Numbered from the stretch's first letter, positions 50,349-59,649 are shown. The stretch is DNA of 64,000 nt from Methanomassiliicoccaceae archaeon (GCA_040776945.1 JAXGZN010000001.1:800001-864000), one strand, 5' to 3'. The notes: generated by a model not told the origin, from the sequence alone. Translations and numbers: made by a program.

Positions 50349-51208
50349 TGGACCTACTTGCCTACGCCCTTCAGGTGCTGACGGTGATCGTCGCGCCCTT
50401 AGTGGTCGGTCTGGCGATGGGAATGGACAGGAAGATTACGGCCAGGATGCAGAACCGCCGTGGTCCGCCGGTGCTGCAGCCGTTCTATGATGTTGGGAAG
50501 CTGCTGTCGAAGCGCCCCATGCTGCTCTCCGAGCTACAGGCGACGTTCGCAGGCGCAGCCCTTCTTTTCCACGCCGCCGCTCTGGCCCTATTTGTTTCGG
50601 GGAGCGATCTGCTGGTCACGTTCTTTGTCTCCGGCACGGGCTCGGTGTGCTTGGTCATGGGTGCGTTCTCCGCGCGCTCGCCCTACTCGTTCATTGGAGG
50701 GCAGAGGGAGCTTCTGGCGATCCTGGCCTATGAGCCAGTGCTGTTCCTGGTCGTCCTGTCCATAGGCATGAGGTCATCGTTCCTGGTCGGCGACATACAG
50801 GGAGGTCTGCTCCATGACCTGCCCCTGGTGCTTCTGGCCCTGGTCCCTGTGCTGGTGGTCCTTCTGGAGAAGTCTCCGTTCGACGTCCCCACCGCGCACC
50901 AGGAGATCATCTCCGGCCCGTACGTGGAGTACTCCGGCCCTTACTTGGCCATCCTGGAGGTGGCCAGGTGGTTCCAGTTGGCGTTCGTGTTCGGAATGGT
51001 CACGCTGTTCTTCTGGAGCGGTGACGCCGTGATATCGATCGCGGGCAAGCTTGCTCTGGCCTTCGCGGCGCTGTTCGCCACCATCGTCATTGACAACGCC
51101 TCCGCGAGGCTTACCAGGGAGAACATGGTGAGCTTCATGCTGATCGCAGGCATCGGGCTGGTGGCCATCAATCTGCTGGTATTGTTCATCCTTAAGGGGT
51201 CGATATGA
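50345..51208 (+). CDS. echB: Ech subunit B
   Basis: DRKITARMQNRRGPPVLQPFYD, GGQREL..YEP, KSPFD..HQEI..EYSG. Confidence 0.87.
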   Translation: MMDLLAYALQVLTVIVAPLVVGLAMGMDRKITARMQNRRGPPVLQPFYDVGKLLSKRPMLLSELQATFAGAALLFHAAALALFVSGSDLLVTFFVSGTGSVCLVMGAFSARSPYSFIGGQRELLAILAYEPVLFLVVLSIGMRSSFLVGDIQGGLLHDLPLVLLALVPVLVVLLEKSPFDVPTAHQEIISGPYVEYSGPYLAILEVARWFQLAFVFGMVTLFFWSGDAVISIAGKLALAFAALFATIVIDNASARLTRENMVSFMLIAGIGLVAINLLVLFILKGSI

Positions 51209-51660
51209 TGACGTTGGAGAGCAAGATGAGGATCAGGTCGCCGTGGATCATGCATTTCGATACCGGCTCATGCAACGGCTGCGATATGGAGGTCTGGGCA
51301 TTGCTCACCCCTCGCTATGACATTGAGAGATTCGGAGCGATGAACCGGGCGAACCCTAAGCAGGCCGATATACTCCTTATAACGGGGCCGGTGACCAAGA
51401 GGTGCGAGGACCGCCTGAGGAACCTATACGAGCAGACGCCGGAGCCCAAGCTGGTCATAGCCTGCGGGGACTGCGCATCGACCGGCGCGCCGTTCCATAA
51501 CTGCTACAACGTCAACGGTGGTGTGGACAAGGTGATCCCGGTCGACGTCTATGTGCCGGGATGTGCCTGCCGCCCGGAGGTCCTGATCGATGCCCTGGTG
51601 CTCGGACTGTCAAAGTGGAGGGAGAAGGCCGCTGGGGCTGACAAGGAGGCCGAGGGATGA
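51205..51660 (+). CDS. echC: Ech small subunit C
   Basis: SPWIMHFDTGSCNGCD, NPKQADIL, GDCA, VPGCACRPE. Confidence 0.9.
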   Translation: MMTLESKMRIRSPWIMHFDTGSCNGCDMEVWALLTPRYDIERFGAMNRANPKQADILLITGPVTKRCEDRLRNLYEQTPEPKLVIACGDCASTGAPFHNCYNVNGGVDKVIPVDVYVPGCACRPEVLIDALVLGLSKWREKAAGADKEAEG

Positions 51661-52037
51661 ACGAGGCGGGACCAAAGATCGAACGCAATGCGTGCCTGGA
51701 GGTACGGAAGAGGACCAAGGAGATGGTCGAGGCCGGGGCGAGGATGATAGCCATAGTGGCCCTCGAGCGCGAGGACGGCTCGATCGAGCTGATATATAGC
51801 TTCGACCGTCAGCCCGGGATAGTCGACTTCCGGTTCCAGATCCTTCCGGAATGGGAGGTCGATTCGGTCGCCGACATCTTCACTGGTGCTCTGACATTGG
51901 AGAGGGAGGTGGTCGACCTGTTTGGCCTTAAGTACAAAGGGATCCCTCCCGGGCTCTTTCTCGAGGCGGGCAAGAGCCCGGTCGCGCCGCTGCGCCGAAG
52001 GCCCGCTCCGGCCAAGGGGGGCGATGAGGATGGGTAG
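51657..52037 (+). CDS. echD: Ech subunit D (NuoC-like)
   Basis: ELIYSFD, SVADIF..LEREVVDLFG; position in the operon. Confidence 0.82.
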   Translation: MNEAGPKIERNACLEVRKRTKEMVEAGARMIAIVALEREDGSIELIYSFDRQPGIVDFRFQILPEWEVDSVADIFTGALTLEREVVDLFGLKYKGIPPGLFLEAGKSPVAPLRRRPAPAKGGDEDG

Positions 52038-53106
52038 GGCCACGACGATCCCGTTCGGCCCACAGCATGCCGCCTTCCTCGAGCCGCTCAACGTGACGCT
52101 GACCCTGGAGGAGGAGAAGGTGGTTGGAGCGGTGCTGAACCAAGGGTACAACCACCGGGGCATGGAGCACGCCCTCTCGCTGGACTACAGGAAGTCACAG
52201 TACATCTCGGAGAGGGTCTGCGGAATCTGCTCGTTCCATCATTCCACCGCATACTGTCAAGGGTTGGAGTCCATCTATGGCATCGATGTCCCGGAGCGCG
52301 GGAGGTTGATACGCACCATCATGATGGAGTGCCAGCGGCTGACCTCTCACCTGCTGGCGCTGGGGCACATCGCCGAGTCGGTAGGCTACGAGAACCTGTT
52401 CATGCAATGCTTCCGGGAGCGTGAGCTCGTCATGACCCTGGTCAACCGCATCTCCGGGAACCGGGTGCACTACAGCATGAACGTGGCTGGCGGGGTCAAG
52501 CGGGACATATCGCCGGAAGGGCTCAAGGACATCCAGGCCACCATGTCCCGCCTGAGGCCTCGGCTTCGAGAGCTGCACCGTGTGTTCAGCCGGGACAGGA
52601 CCCTGTCCAAGCGCACCAAGGGCATCGGCGTGCTTTCGAACCAGGCGGCCCGGGAATGGGGCAACGTCGGCCCGGTGTCCCGGGCGTCCGGGATACCCCG
52701 GGACATCCGGCAGGACGGTTTCGCCGCTTACTCTATGGTCAAGTTCTCCCCTATCGTCAGGGAGGAGGGCGACTGCTATGCCCGCATGATGGTACGCATG
52801 GACGAATGCCTGCAGTCGATGGACATCATTGAGCAGTGCCTTCCCCTGATAAAGGACGGGCCGGTGGCGATCCAGATGAAGGGGCACCCCAAGGGCGAGG
52901 CGTACTCACGGGTGGAGGCGCCCCGGGGGGAACTGGTGTACTTCATCAGGGCCAACGGGAAGACCGCCCTGGAGCGCATCAAGCTCCGGACCCCTGCGCT
53001 GATGAACGTGGCGTCCCTGCTGGCCATGCTTCCGGGATGCCAGTTGGCGGACGTGCCTACCATCACAGTGTCGGTCGATCCCTGCATATGCTGCACGGAC
53101 CGGTGA
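52030..53106 (+). CDS. echE: Ech [NiFe] large subunit E
   Basis: IPFGPQH, L1 ERVCGICSFHH, L2 DPCICCTDR with no C-terminal extension. Confidence 0.92.
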   Translation: MGRATTIPFGPQHAAFLEPLNVTLTLEEEKVVGAVLNQGYNHRGMEHALSLDYRKSQYISERVCGICSFHHSTAYCQGLESIYGIDVPERGRLIRTIMMECQRLTSHLLALGHIAESVGYENLFMQCFRERELVMTLVNRISGNRVHYSMNVAGGVKRDISPEGLKDIQATMSRLRPRLRELHRVFSRDRTLSKRTKGIGVLSNQAAREWGNVGPVSRASGIPRDIRQDGFAAYSMVKFSPIVREEGDCYARMMVRMDECLQSMDIIEQCLPLIKDGPVAIQMKGHPKGEAYSRVEAPRGELVYFIRANGKTALERIKLRTPALMNVASLLAMLPGCQLADVPTITVSVDPCICCTDR

Positions 53107-53110
53107 TCCA

Positions 53111-53500
53111 ATGTCGATGCTCACATCATCAATAAAGAACCTGTTCAGCAGGCCGTTCACCACCAGATATCCAAAGGTCCCGGCCGACCTGCCTCCCGGC
53201 AATCGGGGAAGGGTCCTGTATGACATGTCCAGATGCATATTCTGCCGGAAGTGCGAGCGAAGCTGTCCCACGGTCGCCATCATCACCGATAGGGATGCCA
53301 AGACCCAGACGGTGATCCGCCACCGGTGCATCGGGTGCAACACCTGCGTCGAGGTCTGCCCTACGGAAACGATAACCATGGTCCAGGAGTACTCGCGCCC
53401 GGATACCGCCCCCACGGTAAACGTGTTCTCCCTGGACCTGCCGAGGCATGAGTATCGCATCGAGCATCTCCCTCGGCACGATGGAAGGAAGAAGGACTGA
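53111..53500 (+). CDS. echF: Ech subunit F, 2x[4Fe-4S]
   Basis: NLFSRPFTTRYP, CIFCRKCERSCP, CIGCNTCVEVCP. Confidence 0.88.
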   Translation: MSMLTSSIKNLFSRPFTTRYPKVPADLPPGNRGRVLYDMSRCIFCRKCERSCPTVAIITDRDAKTQTVIRHRCIGCNTCVEVCPTETITMVQEYSRPDTAPTVNVFSLDLPRHEYRIEHLPRHDGRKKD

Positions 53501-53683
53501 CACCGTTCATCAAGTCCCCGCTTTCCGGCGGAGGGCCGGAGATGCCGGGACAAGGACCCGGCGGCCCTCGAACCCCTTTATCATGTTGATTTTATTCTTA
53601 TTCAACGAATCATGATTATAACTGGCATCAAGGAAAAGGCTTAACTTAGCCGTCCCTCCATTATATAGCCTGCGAGGTCGGAC

Positions 53684-54763
53684 GTGGATTCCAAGGTATG
53701 CCCGGACTACAGCAGCAGGAGGTACCTGTCGGCCGCGGAGGCAGCGCGCTATCTCGGGACATCGGTCCGAGAGCTCCATCGCTTGGTCCGAGAGGACAAG
53801 GTGCCCATGATGATATCAGGAAGCGGTCAGCAGCGGTTCGACCTGGCTGCCCTGGGAGGAGCGGCCGCCGGGGAGGTCCGCCCCGCGATGGCCGGTGGGA
53901 GAGAGATGATATATATCCATGGCACCGGCCAAGAGGTCGTCTGCTCGACCTCGGCGGACATGCGCGGGATCGAGGACGGAAGCATTAACCTCGCGCTCAC
54001 CTCCCCACCTTACTTCAATACCAAGATGTATTCCCCACATCCTCTGCCAGGCGACCTGGGCGATGTCCACTCGATGGAGGAGTGGTTCGAGCAGATAGGG
54101 AAGGTCTGGGCCGAGGTGCTCCGGGTGCTCCAGCCCGGTAGAAAGCTTTTCATCAACATCATGAACCTTCCAGTGCGGTTGGAGGACGGGAGCTTCCGGA
54201 CCCTGAACCTGGTCGGCCGCACCGTGCAGCAGTGCGAGGACATTGGCTTCATCTTCAAGCGGGACATCGTGTGGCAGAAGACCAACGGGGTCCGCGCACC
54301 GTTCGGCACATATCCCTATCCGGGAGGCATATTGCTGAACAACATGCACGAGTTCATCCTGGAGCTGGAGAAACCCTGCACCCGGGCAGAGCGGTCCCGC
54401 AAGTATGCCCACATCTCCCCCGAGGACCGCGAACTGTCCAGGCTGGAGAAGGATTTCTGGCTGTCGATAAAGAGCAGCGACGTGTGGCTCATGGCCCCTC
54501 GGGGAAGCGGGGACCGGAGAGACCATGTGGCGCCTTTCCCCATGGAGCTGCCTTTGCGGCTGATACGGGCGTACAGCTACCGGAGCGAGAGGGTCCTCGA
54601 TCCTTTCCTTGGTTCGGGGACCACCCTTCAGGCCGCGGCGGCGACCGGCCGCAACGGGATTGGCTTCGAGATAAGCCCCTCGATCGCCGCCGAGGCCGTC
54701 AGGTCCTTGAGGGCCCTTGGTGCCGAGGCCGGCATGTCCTCCGGAACGGGGGGAGTCGGCTGA
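53684..54763 (+). CDS. Beta-class N4/N6 DNA methyltransferase with N-terminal excisionase-type HTH
   Basis: YLSAAEAARYLGTS..L.RLVRE (HTH); TSPPY precedes HVAPFP and VLDPFLGSGTT. Confidence 0.87.
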   Translation: MDSKVCPDYSSRRYLSAAEAARYLGTSVRELHRLVREDKVPMMISGSGQQRFDLAALGGAAAGEVRPAMAGGREMIYIHGTGQEVVCSTSADMRGIEDGSINLALTSPPYFNTKMYSPHPLPGDLGDVHSMEEWFEQIGKVWAEVLRVLQPGRKLFINIMNLPVRLEDGSFRTLNLVGRTVQQCEDIGFIFKRDIVWQKTNGVRAPFGTYPYPGGILLNNMHEFILELEKPCTRAERSRKYAHISPEDRELSRLEKDFWLSIKSSDVWLMAPRGSGDRRDHVAPFPMELPLRLIRAYSYRSERVLDPFLGSGTTLQAAAATGRNGIGFEISPSIAAEAVRSLRALGAEAGMSSGTGGVG

Positions 54764-56100
54764 GCGGCAAAGGCCCCCTTGGCTCGCCTTGGACCGAAGA
54801 GCGTCCCCGGACCCGTCCGGTCACCAAGCTCAAGGAGGACCTCGAAGCAGATGTGGCGATAATCGGCGGTGGCATATCTGGCCTGGCCACCGCTTACATG
54901 CTGATGAGGACCAGCGATCTGCGGGTGGCGGTCCTGGAGGCCGGGCTGGCCGGACACGGCGCCACCGGCAACAACGGAGGCCAGGCGGTGGAAGGCACGG
55001 AGGCAGGGTTCAGGGAGATAGCATCGATCGTGGGGGAGGAGAGGGCGGTGCAGGGATTCAGGGAACTGGCCGGGGCGATGGATGAGCTCGATAGAATGGT
55101 AGGCAAGGTCGGCCCTCCCGGCATGCTCGCCAAGGTCGCGGGCAGAATGGGCATCGCTGACCAGGGGCTGCTCGAACAGAGGATCGAGGACCTCAGGGCA
55201 AGGAGGGCCGCGGGGCTGGACAGCGGCAAGGTGCATTTCGCCGACGATGCCCTCATCGGGCTGCAGGCGGAAGGGCCTCGAGAACCACGGGCCCTGCTCG
55301 CTCGGCAGTTGTGGTCCAAGGACCAACGGTACATCGCATTCATTGAGATGAGGATGGGCCTCATCAACACCTGGGACCTGGTAGAGAAGATAGCGTCCCA
55401 TCTAAGGTCCGAGGCCCCGGAGCGGTTCAGTATCTATGAGCGTTCCCCGGCCCGCCTTCTGAGGCTGAGCGAGGAGGACGTGACCATAGGTTGCAACGGC
55501 AGGATCATGGTTGCCAGCTCAGCAGTCCTGTGCACGAACGGCTATCTCTGCCCGCGCATCGAGGCATGCTCGCCCCCGTTCGTCAAGGGCAAGGTCAAAG
55601 GTGTCGTTGGCTACATGGTGGGGTTCGAGGATGGCAGCGGCCCTGAGGGGGCAAGAGCGTACTTTCCGGGCGGTAAGGACTATTATTACCTATCCAGGAA
55701 GAAGACCCGTACAAACTGGCTGACCGCGGTCGGAGGGCCCGAGGGGTCGATCAGCGGCGAGTACGATGAGGGTACGGTCTACCATCCGGACGCCTATTCG
55801 CAGCTGGGGTCGTTCATCTCGTCCACCCTCGGCCTCTCATACCCTCCCGCCAGAAGGTGGCAGGGGCTGATGGGTTACACCTCGACGGGCATCAGGATCG
55901 CTGGGCAGGACCCGCGGCTGCCCGCTCTTTATTACAACATGGGGTGCAACGGAATAGGCATACTTTCTGCCCTGGCCGGGGCCAGGAGGCTCGCGGACGA
56001 TATGGGCGGAGAGGACCAGGAGCCAAGCATGTTCGACCCTGAGGCCATGGCCGGGGCCAGGATCACAATGGACGGTCACGAACGGGCGCATCGTCCTTGA
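54760..56100 (+). CDS. FAD-dependent oxidoreductase (DAO/PuuB-like)
   Basis: SPW..DVAIIGGGISGL, LEA..GHGATGNNGG, LCTNGY, WQGLMGYT, GCNGIG; probable CTG start overlapping the MTase TGA; the track's extension to 54232 overlaps the MTase. Confidence 0.83.
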   Translation: MSGKGPLGSPWTEERPRTRPVTKLKEDLEADVAIIGGGISGLATAYMLMRTSDLRVAVLEAGLAGHGATGNNGGQAVEGTEAGFREIASIVGEERAVQGFRELAGAMDELDRMVGKVGPPGMLAKVAGRMGIADQGLLEQRIEDLRARRAAGLDSGKVHFADDALIGLQAEGPREPRALLARQLWSKDQRYIAFIEMRMGLINTWDLVEKIASHLRSEAPERFSIYERSPARLLRLSEEDVTIGCNGRIMVASSAVLCTNGYLCPRIEACSPPFVKGKVKGVVGYMVGFEDGSGPEGARAYFPGGKDYYYLSRKKTRTNWLTAVGGPEGSISGEYDEGTVYHPDAYSQLGSFISSTLGLSYPPARRWQGLMGYTSTGIRIAGQDPRLPALYYNMGCNGIGILSALAGARRLADDMGGEDQEPSMFDPEAMAGARITMDGHERAHRP

Positions 56101-56356
56101 ACAGTATGACCAGGCCAACCGTCATGAGGCCTACATCGGCCACCACTGCCAGGGACAGGCCTAGGCTTAGAGGCTGGAAGACCGCGGTGCTTGTGGACGA
56201 GGCGTCCTGCACCTCGGCCAAGGTCCGGGGCCCATCCGCCTGCCGGTCCGCGGAAGCCTGCACCATGAACATGGCCATTGCCCCCACCGCCACGATAGCC
56301 AGTATGCAGATGGCATTGAAGGTTCGCGCTCTCAATGATGTCCCCGAAGGTTCCAT
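56063..56356 (-). CDS. Small two-TM hypothetical membrane protein
   Basis: Two hydrophobic segments; start uncertain; 3' end overlaps the FAD gene. Confidence 0.5.
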   Translation of the reverse strand: MEPSGTSLRARTFNAICILAIVAVGAMAMFMVQASADRQADGPRTLAEVQDASSTSTAVFQPLSLGLSLAVVADVGLMTVGLVILFKDDAPVRDRPL

Positions 56357-56422
56357 ATTATAAGAACGTGGCCGTCCGGTTCTCACCTCGAGCTGCATCT
56401 GGCCATCCACGCCGGCCTAGCG

Positions 56423-56803
56423 TTAGAAACGTCCAGAGAGGCCCGATGCGCTCCAAGCGAGGTATCCGCCGTTGAGGACACGCACATCCCGAAATCCCAT
56501 GCCGATCAGGCCCTCCGCGCATCTCTTGCTCCTGTTGGTCGTCCGGCAGTACAGGATGAGCGGGCGGTCCCGGTCCAGCTCTTTGGACCATTTGCCCGCT
56601 TGGGAAAGTGGCAGGTTCACCGACAGCGGAATGTGCCCGGCCTCGTGCTCATGCTTCTCCCTCACATCCACGAGCAGGCACCTACCCTCGAGCAAAGCGG
56701 CCTCAAGGCCCTTCAACGCATCCGGGGTCAGCATGCCCACCGAGCTCACGAAGGGGGTGTGACGCCGGAGGGACATAAGTATTTGGCGCCAATTCCCGCT
56801 CAT
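56423..56803 (-). CDS. Single-domain rhodanese (sulfurtransferase)
   Basis: LVDVRE..E..GHIP.S.NLP, active loop YCRTTNRS, LNGGYLAW. Confidence 0.88.
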   Translation of the reverse strand: MSGNWRQILMSLRRHTPFVSSVGMLTPDALKGLEAALLEGRCLLVDVREKHEHEAGHIPLSVNLPLSQAGKWSKELDRDRPLILYCRTTNRSKRCAEGLIGMGFRDVRVLNGGYLAWSASGLSGRF

Positions 56804-57693
56804 CCTCGTATCTCCAGCTCTTTGTCCACCCTCCCGGTGGCCCTCAAGGCGTCGATGTCCGCAGGGTCCGAGAGCAGGAGAACGACCTGCCTCTTCCTTA
56901 GGAAGTCCAGCATAGCTGAGAAAAGGCCGCCCCGCTCGATGCTTCCAGCACCCTCCAAAGGATCATCGAGGAAGATCGGGCAAACGACCGCGCCCTCCCC
57001 GGCGAAGGCGATCGCATGGCTAAGGACCGCCATGCGCACCTGCTCCGGGGACAGGGGGCCTTCGACGGAGATCTCGGGGCGCCCTTCCGGATCATAGCCC
57101 AGTGTTCCGATCTGGGCGCTGGGACACATCTCAAGGAACAGGGAGGTGGCGGCAAACGAGCATCTGATGCTAAGGTCACTGGTACACCAGGAGCCACTGC
57201 ACCTTATGGCCCTTTCCGGCCCGCAGGTCCCTCCTCTGGCCACGCCTGCAAGGGAGCTTCCACTGATGAGGCCGGCGTGCACGCAGGCCTCAGGGAACAG
57301 CCTCTCTGCCTGCTCGGAGAACGCCTCGGCGTCATCACCCTCTGCAAGAACCTCCCCGTTGCTGCCGGTGAGCCGCCATCCCCATCTCTGCCTCTCCGCC
57401 CGGTCTTCGGCCAAAGAGAACAGGGCGTAGCGCTCCAGCCGCTCCCCGTTGATGAAGGTCAATGCCACCAGGACCTTCGTCATGCCCGTGCCAAGGGCCT
57501 CGCGGTTGGGCACCAGGGCAGGGTCCGCCACCATATCGTTTCCCAGCAGGCACCAGGAGATGGCTTCGAGAACGGAGGTCTTTCCCATGCCGTACGGAAC
57601 GACCACCAGGTTCACCCCTGGGTCAAGGGGCAGCTCGATCTCCCCGGCGAAGCGGCGGTAGTTGACGAGGGTCACAGAACGAAGCTTGGCCAT
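56800..57693 (-). CDS. Short Rad50/SbcC/DndD-like ABC ATPase without a coiled coil
   Basis: VTLVNYRRF, NLVVVPYGMGKTSVLEAISWCL, degenerate signature LSPEQ, IFLDDPL, QVVLL; ATGA overlap with the rhodanese. Confidence 0.7.
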   Translation of the reverse strand: MAKLRSVTLVNYRRFAGEIELPLDPGVNLVVVPYGMGKTSVLEAISWCLLGNDMVADPALVPNREALGTGMTKVLVALTFINGERLERYALFSLAEDRAERQRWGWRLTGSNGEVLAEGDDAEAFSEQAERLFPEACVHAGLISGSSLAGVARGGTCGPERAIRCSGSWCTSDLSIRCSFAATSLFLEMCPSAQIGTLGYDPEGRPEISVEGPLSPEQVRMAVLSHAIAFAGEGAVVCPIFLDDPLEGAGSIERGGLFSAMLDFLRKRQVVLLLSDPADIDALRATGRVDKELEIRG

Positions 57694-58134
57694 GGCCCGT
57701 ACTATGCGCGGGAGCGATTAATAGCTTCAGGTGGGTTGCGGGCCTTGACCGTACGCCTGGCATCCTCCAAGCCACCGGTGTGAACAGGGACCATAAGCGC
57801 CGCCCTGCGGCGCCTAGACCTCGCCCAGGCCGTCTTACGACGGCACGGTCGTTCGGCCTAGACCGCGCTCCCCCTCCGGACTCCGCGCTCAGAGGGGATA
57901 AAAGGGTCGTCAGGTCCTATACATGGCCCCTGTCTCCTTCCCCCAAAGACATATATACCCCGGTCCCGTGTTCCAATGCAGTACGGTCGGGACGACCGGA
58001 ATTTACGCTTGGCTGACATCATGCAAGGCCTCTTGGAGGCGTTTGGTGGATGAAGCAAGAAGCCTCGGCCGCCAGAACGGAGCGGTCCAACAATCGAAGG
58101 GTTCTGGCGATATCAACAGAACGGAGATTTTAAC

Positions 58135-59574
58135 ATGGACGAGAAGCGCATCGAGGATAGGCAGCTTGCCTTCCTGGTCGATGGAGACAATGCCCAGGCC
58201 ACGATGATCGAGGATATGCTGGCGGAAGCGTCGAAGTACGGCTCGGTCATCATCAGGCGTGTCTATGGAAATTGGACCGCGGGCGGGCAGGTCAATTCCT
58301 GGAAGACGAAGCTGAAAGAGTATGCCCTCTCCCCCTACCAGCAGTTCCCCAACATCTCCAATCGGCATGTGACCAAGAACGCGACCGACATTGCCCTGAT
58401 CATAGATGCCATGGACATACTTCATGACGGGATAGTCAAGGGGTTCGTCATCGTATCCAGCGATTCTGACTATACATCGCTGGCGATCAAGATACGAGAG
58501 CATGGGCTGTTCGTTATCGGCATTGGCAAGAAGGACACCCACGATTCCTTCCGGCGGGCATGCGACGTGTTCGTGTCGACGGAGAACCTCGGCAAGGAGG
58601 TCGAGGAGAAAGAGGCCCCCAAGGCCCCCAAGGGAAGCGCCCGGCCAAGAAAGACCCCGCGGGACGCGATCGAGATCCTTAATCGAGCGTTCGACTACGC
58701 CGTCAACGACGATGGTCGGGCCCTCAACGGGGACATCGGGGCTGCGCTGCGGCGCTTGGACCCGGCCTTCGACACCAGGAGCTATGGCAAGGCCTCCCTG
58801 CTAAACCTTATCGAGGAACTGGACGACCTGTTCGAGGTCGAGCGCGCCGACCACGGAGCGATCTATGTGCGCCGCAGGGACGACTACCTTAGCGTCCACA
58901 CAGAACAGCCGGCCTCCGTGCCGGCGAAGAAGGAGGCCGCGCCGCCTGCGAGCAAGGCGGCGGTCTGCACCTGCCGGACGCCAAGCGACGCGCTGCCCCT
59001 TCTTATGGAAGCGTTCCGCATAGTGGAGAAGAACAGCGACGGCACGGCCGATACTTTCAGGATGTTCAAGGCGGCAAAGAAGGTGGACCCCGCCTTTGAC
59101 AGCGCCAACTACGGGAAGGAAAAGATCTCCCACCTGCTGGAAGCGCTGCCTGACCAGTTCGCACTTGTCAGGAAGGGCAAGAGCATGATGGTGCGCAAGG
59201 TGGAGCGGGCGGAGGAGGAGATCGAGGAGCCAATGGCGGCGGAGGAAGAGGCCATGACCGTTGAGACGGAGGTCCCGGAGGGAACGGGCCCGCACGAGCC
59301 ATCGCGCAGCGGCATCGATCTGCTGAAGGTGGTCACCGCGGCCTTCGACCGGGTGGTCAAGGACGACGGCCTGGCCTTCCTGCCCCATCTGAGCAAGGAG
59401 GTCAAGCGAGAGGACCCCGAACTGGACTTCAAGGACTACGGCAAGCCCGGTCTCAGGCAGTTCTTGGAGGAGTTCGATGACGTGTTCACCCTACACAAAA
59501 AAGGCCGCAATGTTTACGTGAGCAAGCGGAAAGGCAAGCGGCCCGCCCGTCATATAAGCGAGCTTGTGAGGTAG
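58135..59574 (+). CDS. NYN-domain (LabA/DUF88) ribonuclease with three OST-HTH/LOTUS domains
   Basis: LVDGDN, RRVYGNW, KNATDIALIIDAMD, SSDSDY; three (P.F/L)D...YGK..L units. Confidence 0.88.
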   Translation: MDEKRIEDRQLAFLVDGDNAQATMIEDMLAEASKYGSVIIRRVYGNWTAGGQVNSWKTKLKEYALSPYQQFPNISNRHVTKNATDIALIIDAMDILHDGIVKGFVIVSSDSDYTSLAIKIREHGLFVIGIGKKDTHDSFRRACDVFVSTENLGKEVEEKEAPKAPKGSARPRKTPRDAIEILNRAFDYAVNDDGRALNGDIGAALRRLDPAFDTRSYGKASLLNLIEELDDLFEVERADHGAIYVRRRDDYLSVHTEQPASVPAKKEAAPPASKAAVCTCRTPSDALPLLMEAFRIVEKNSDGTADTFRMFKAAKKVDPAFDSANYGKEKISHLLEALPDQFALVRKGKSMMVRKVERAEEEIEEPMAAEEEAMTVETEVPEGTGPHEPSRSGIDLLKVVTAAFDRVVKDDGLAFLPHLSKEVKREDPELDFKDYGKPGLRQFLEEFDDVFTLHKKGRNVYVSKRKGKRPARHISELVR

Positions 59575-59649
59575 AGCATTCTCTGCAAACCTCTCCGCGG
59601 AGGGGGTCTCCCCCTCCTTCACGCACCTCAGGCCGCCCCGGCCGCGGCC

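Noticed and set aside
54232-54759. N-terminal 176 aa of the 622-aa ORF
   Set aside because: It overlaps the MTase in another frame and is R/G/P-rich; FAD-family similarity starts after 54760.
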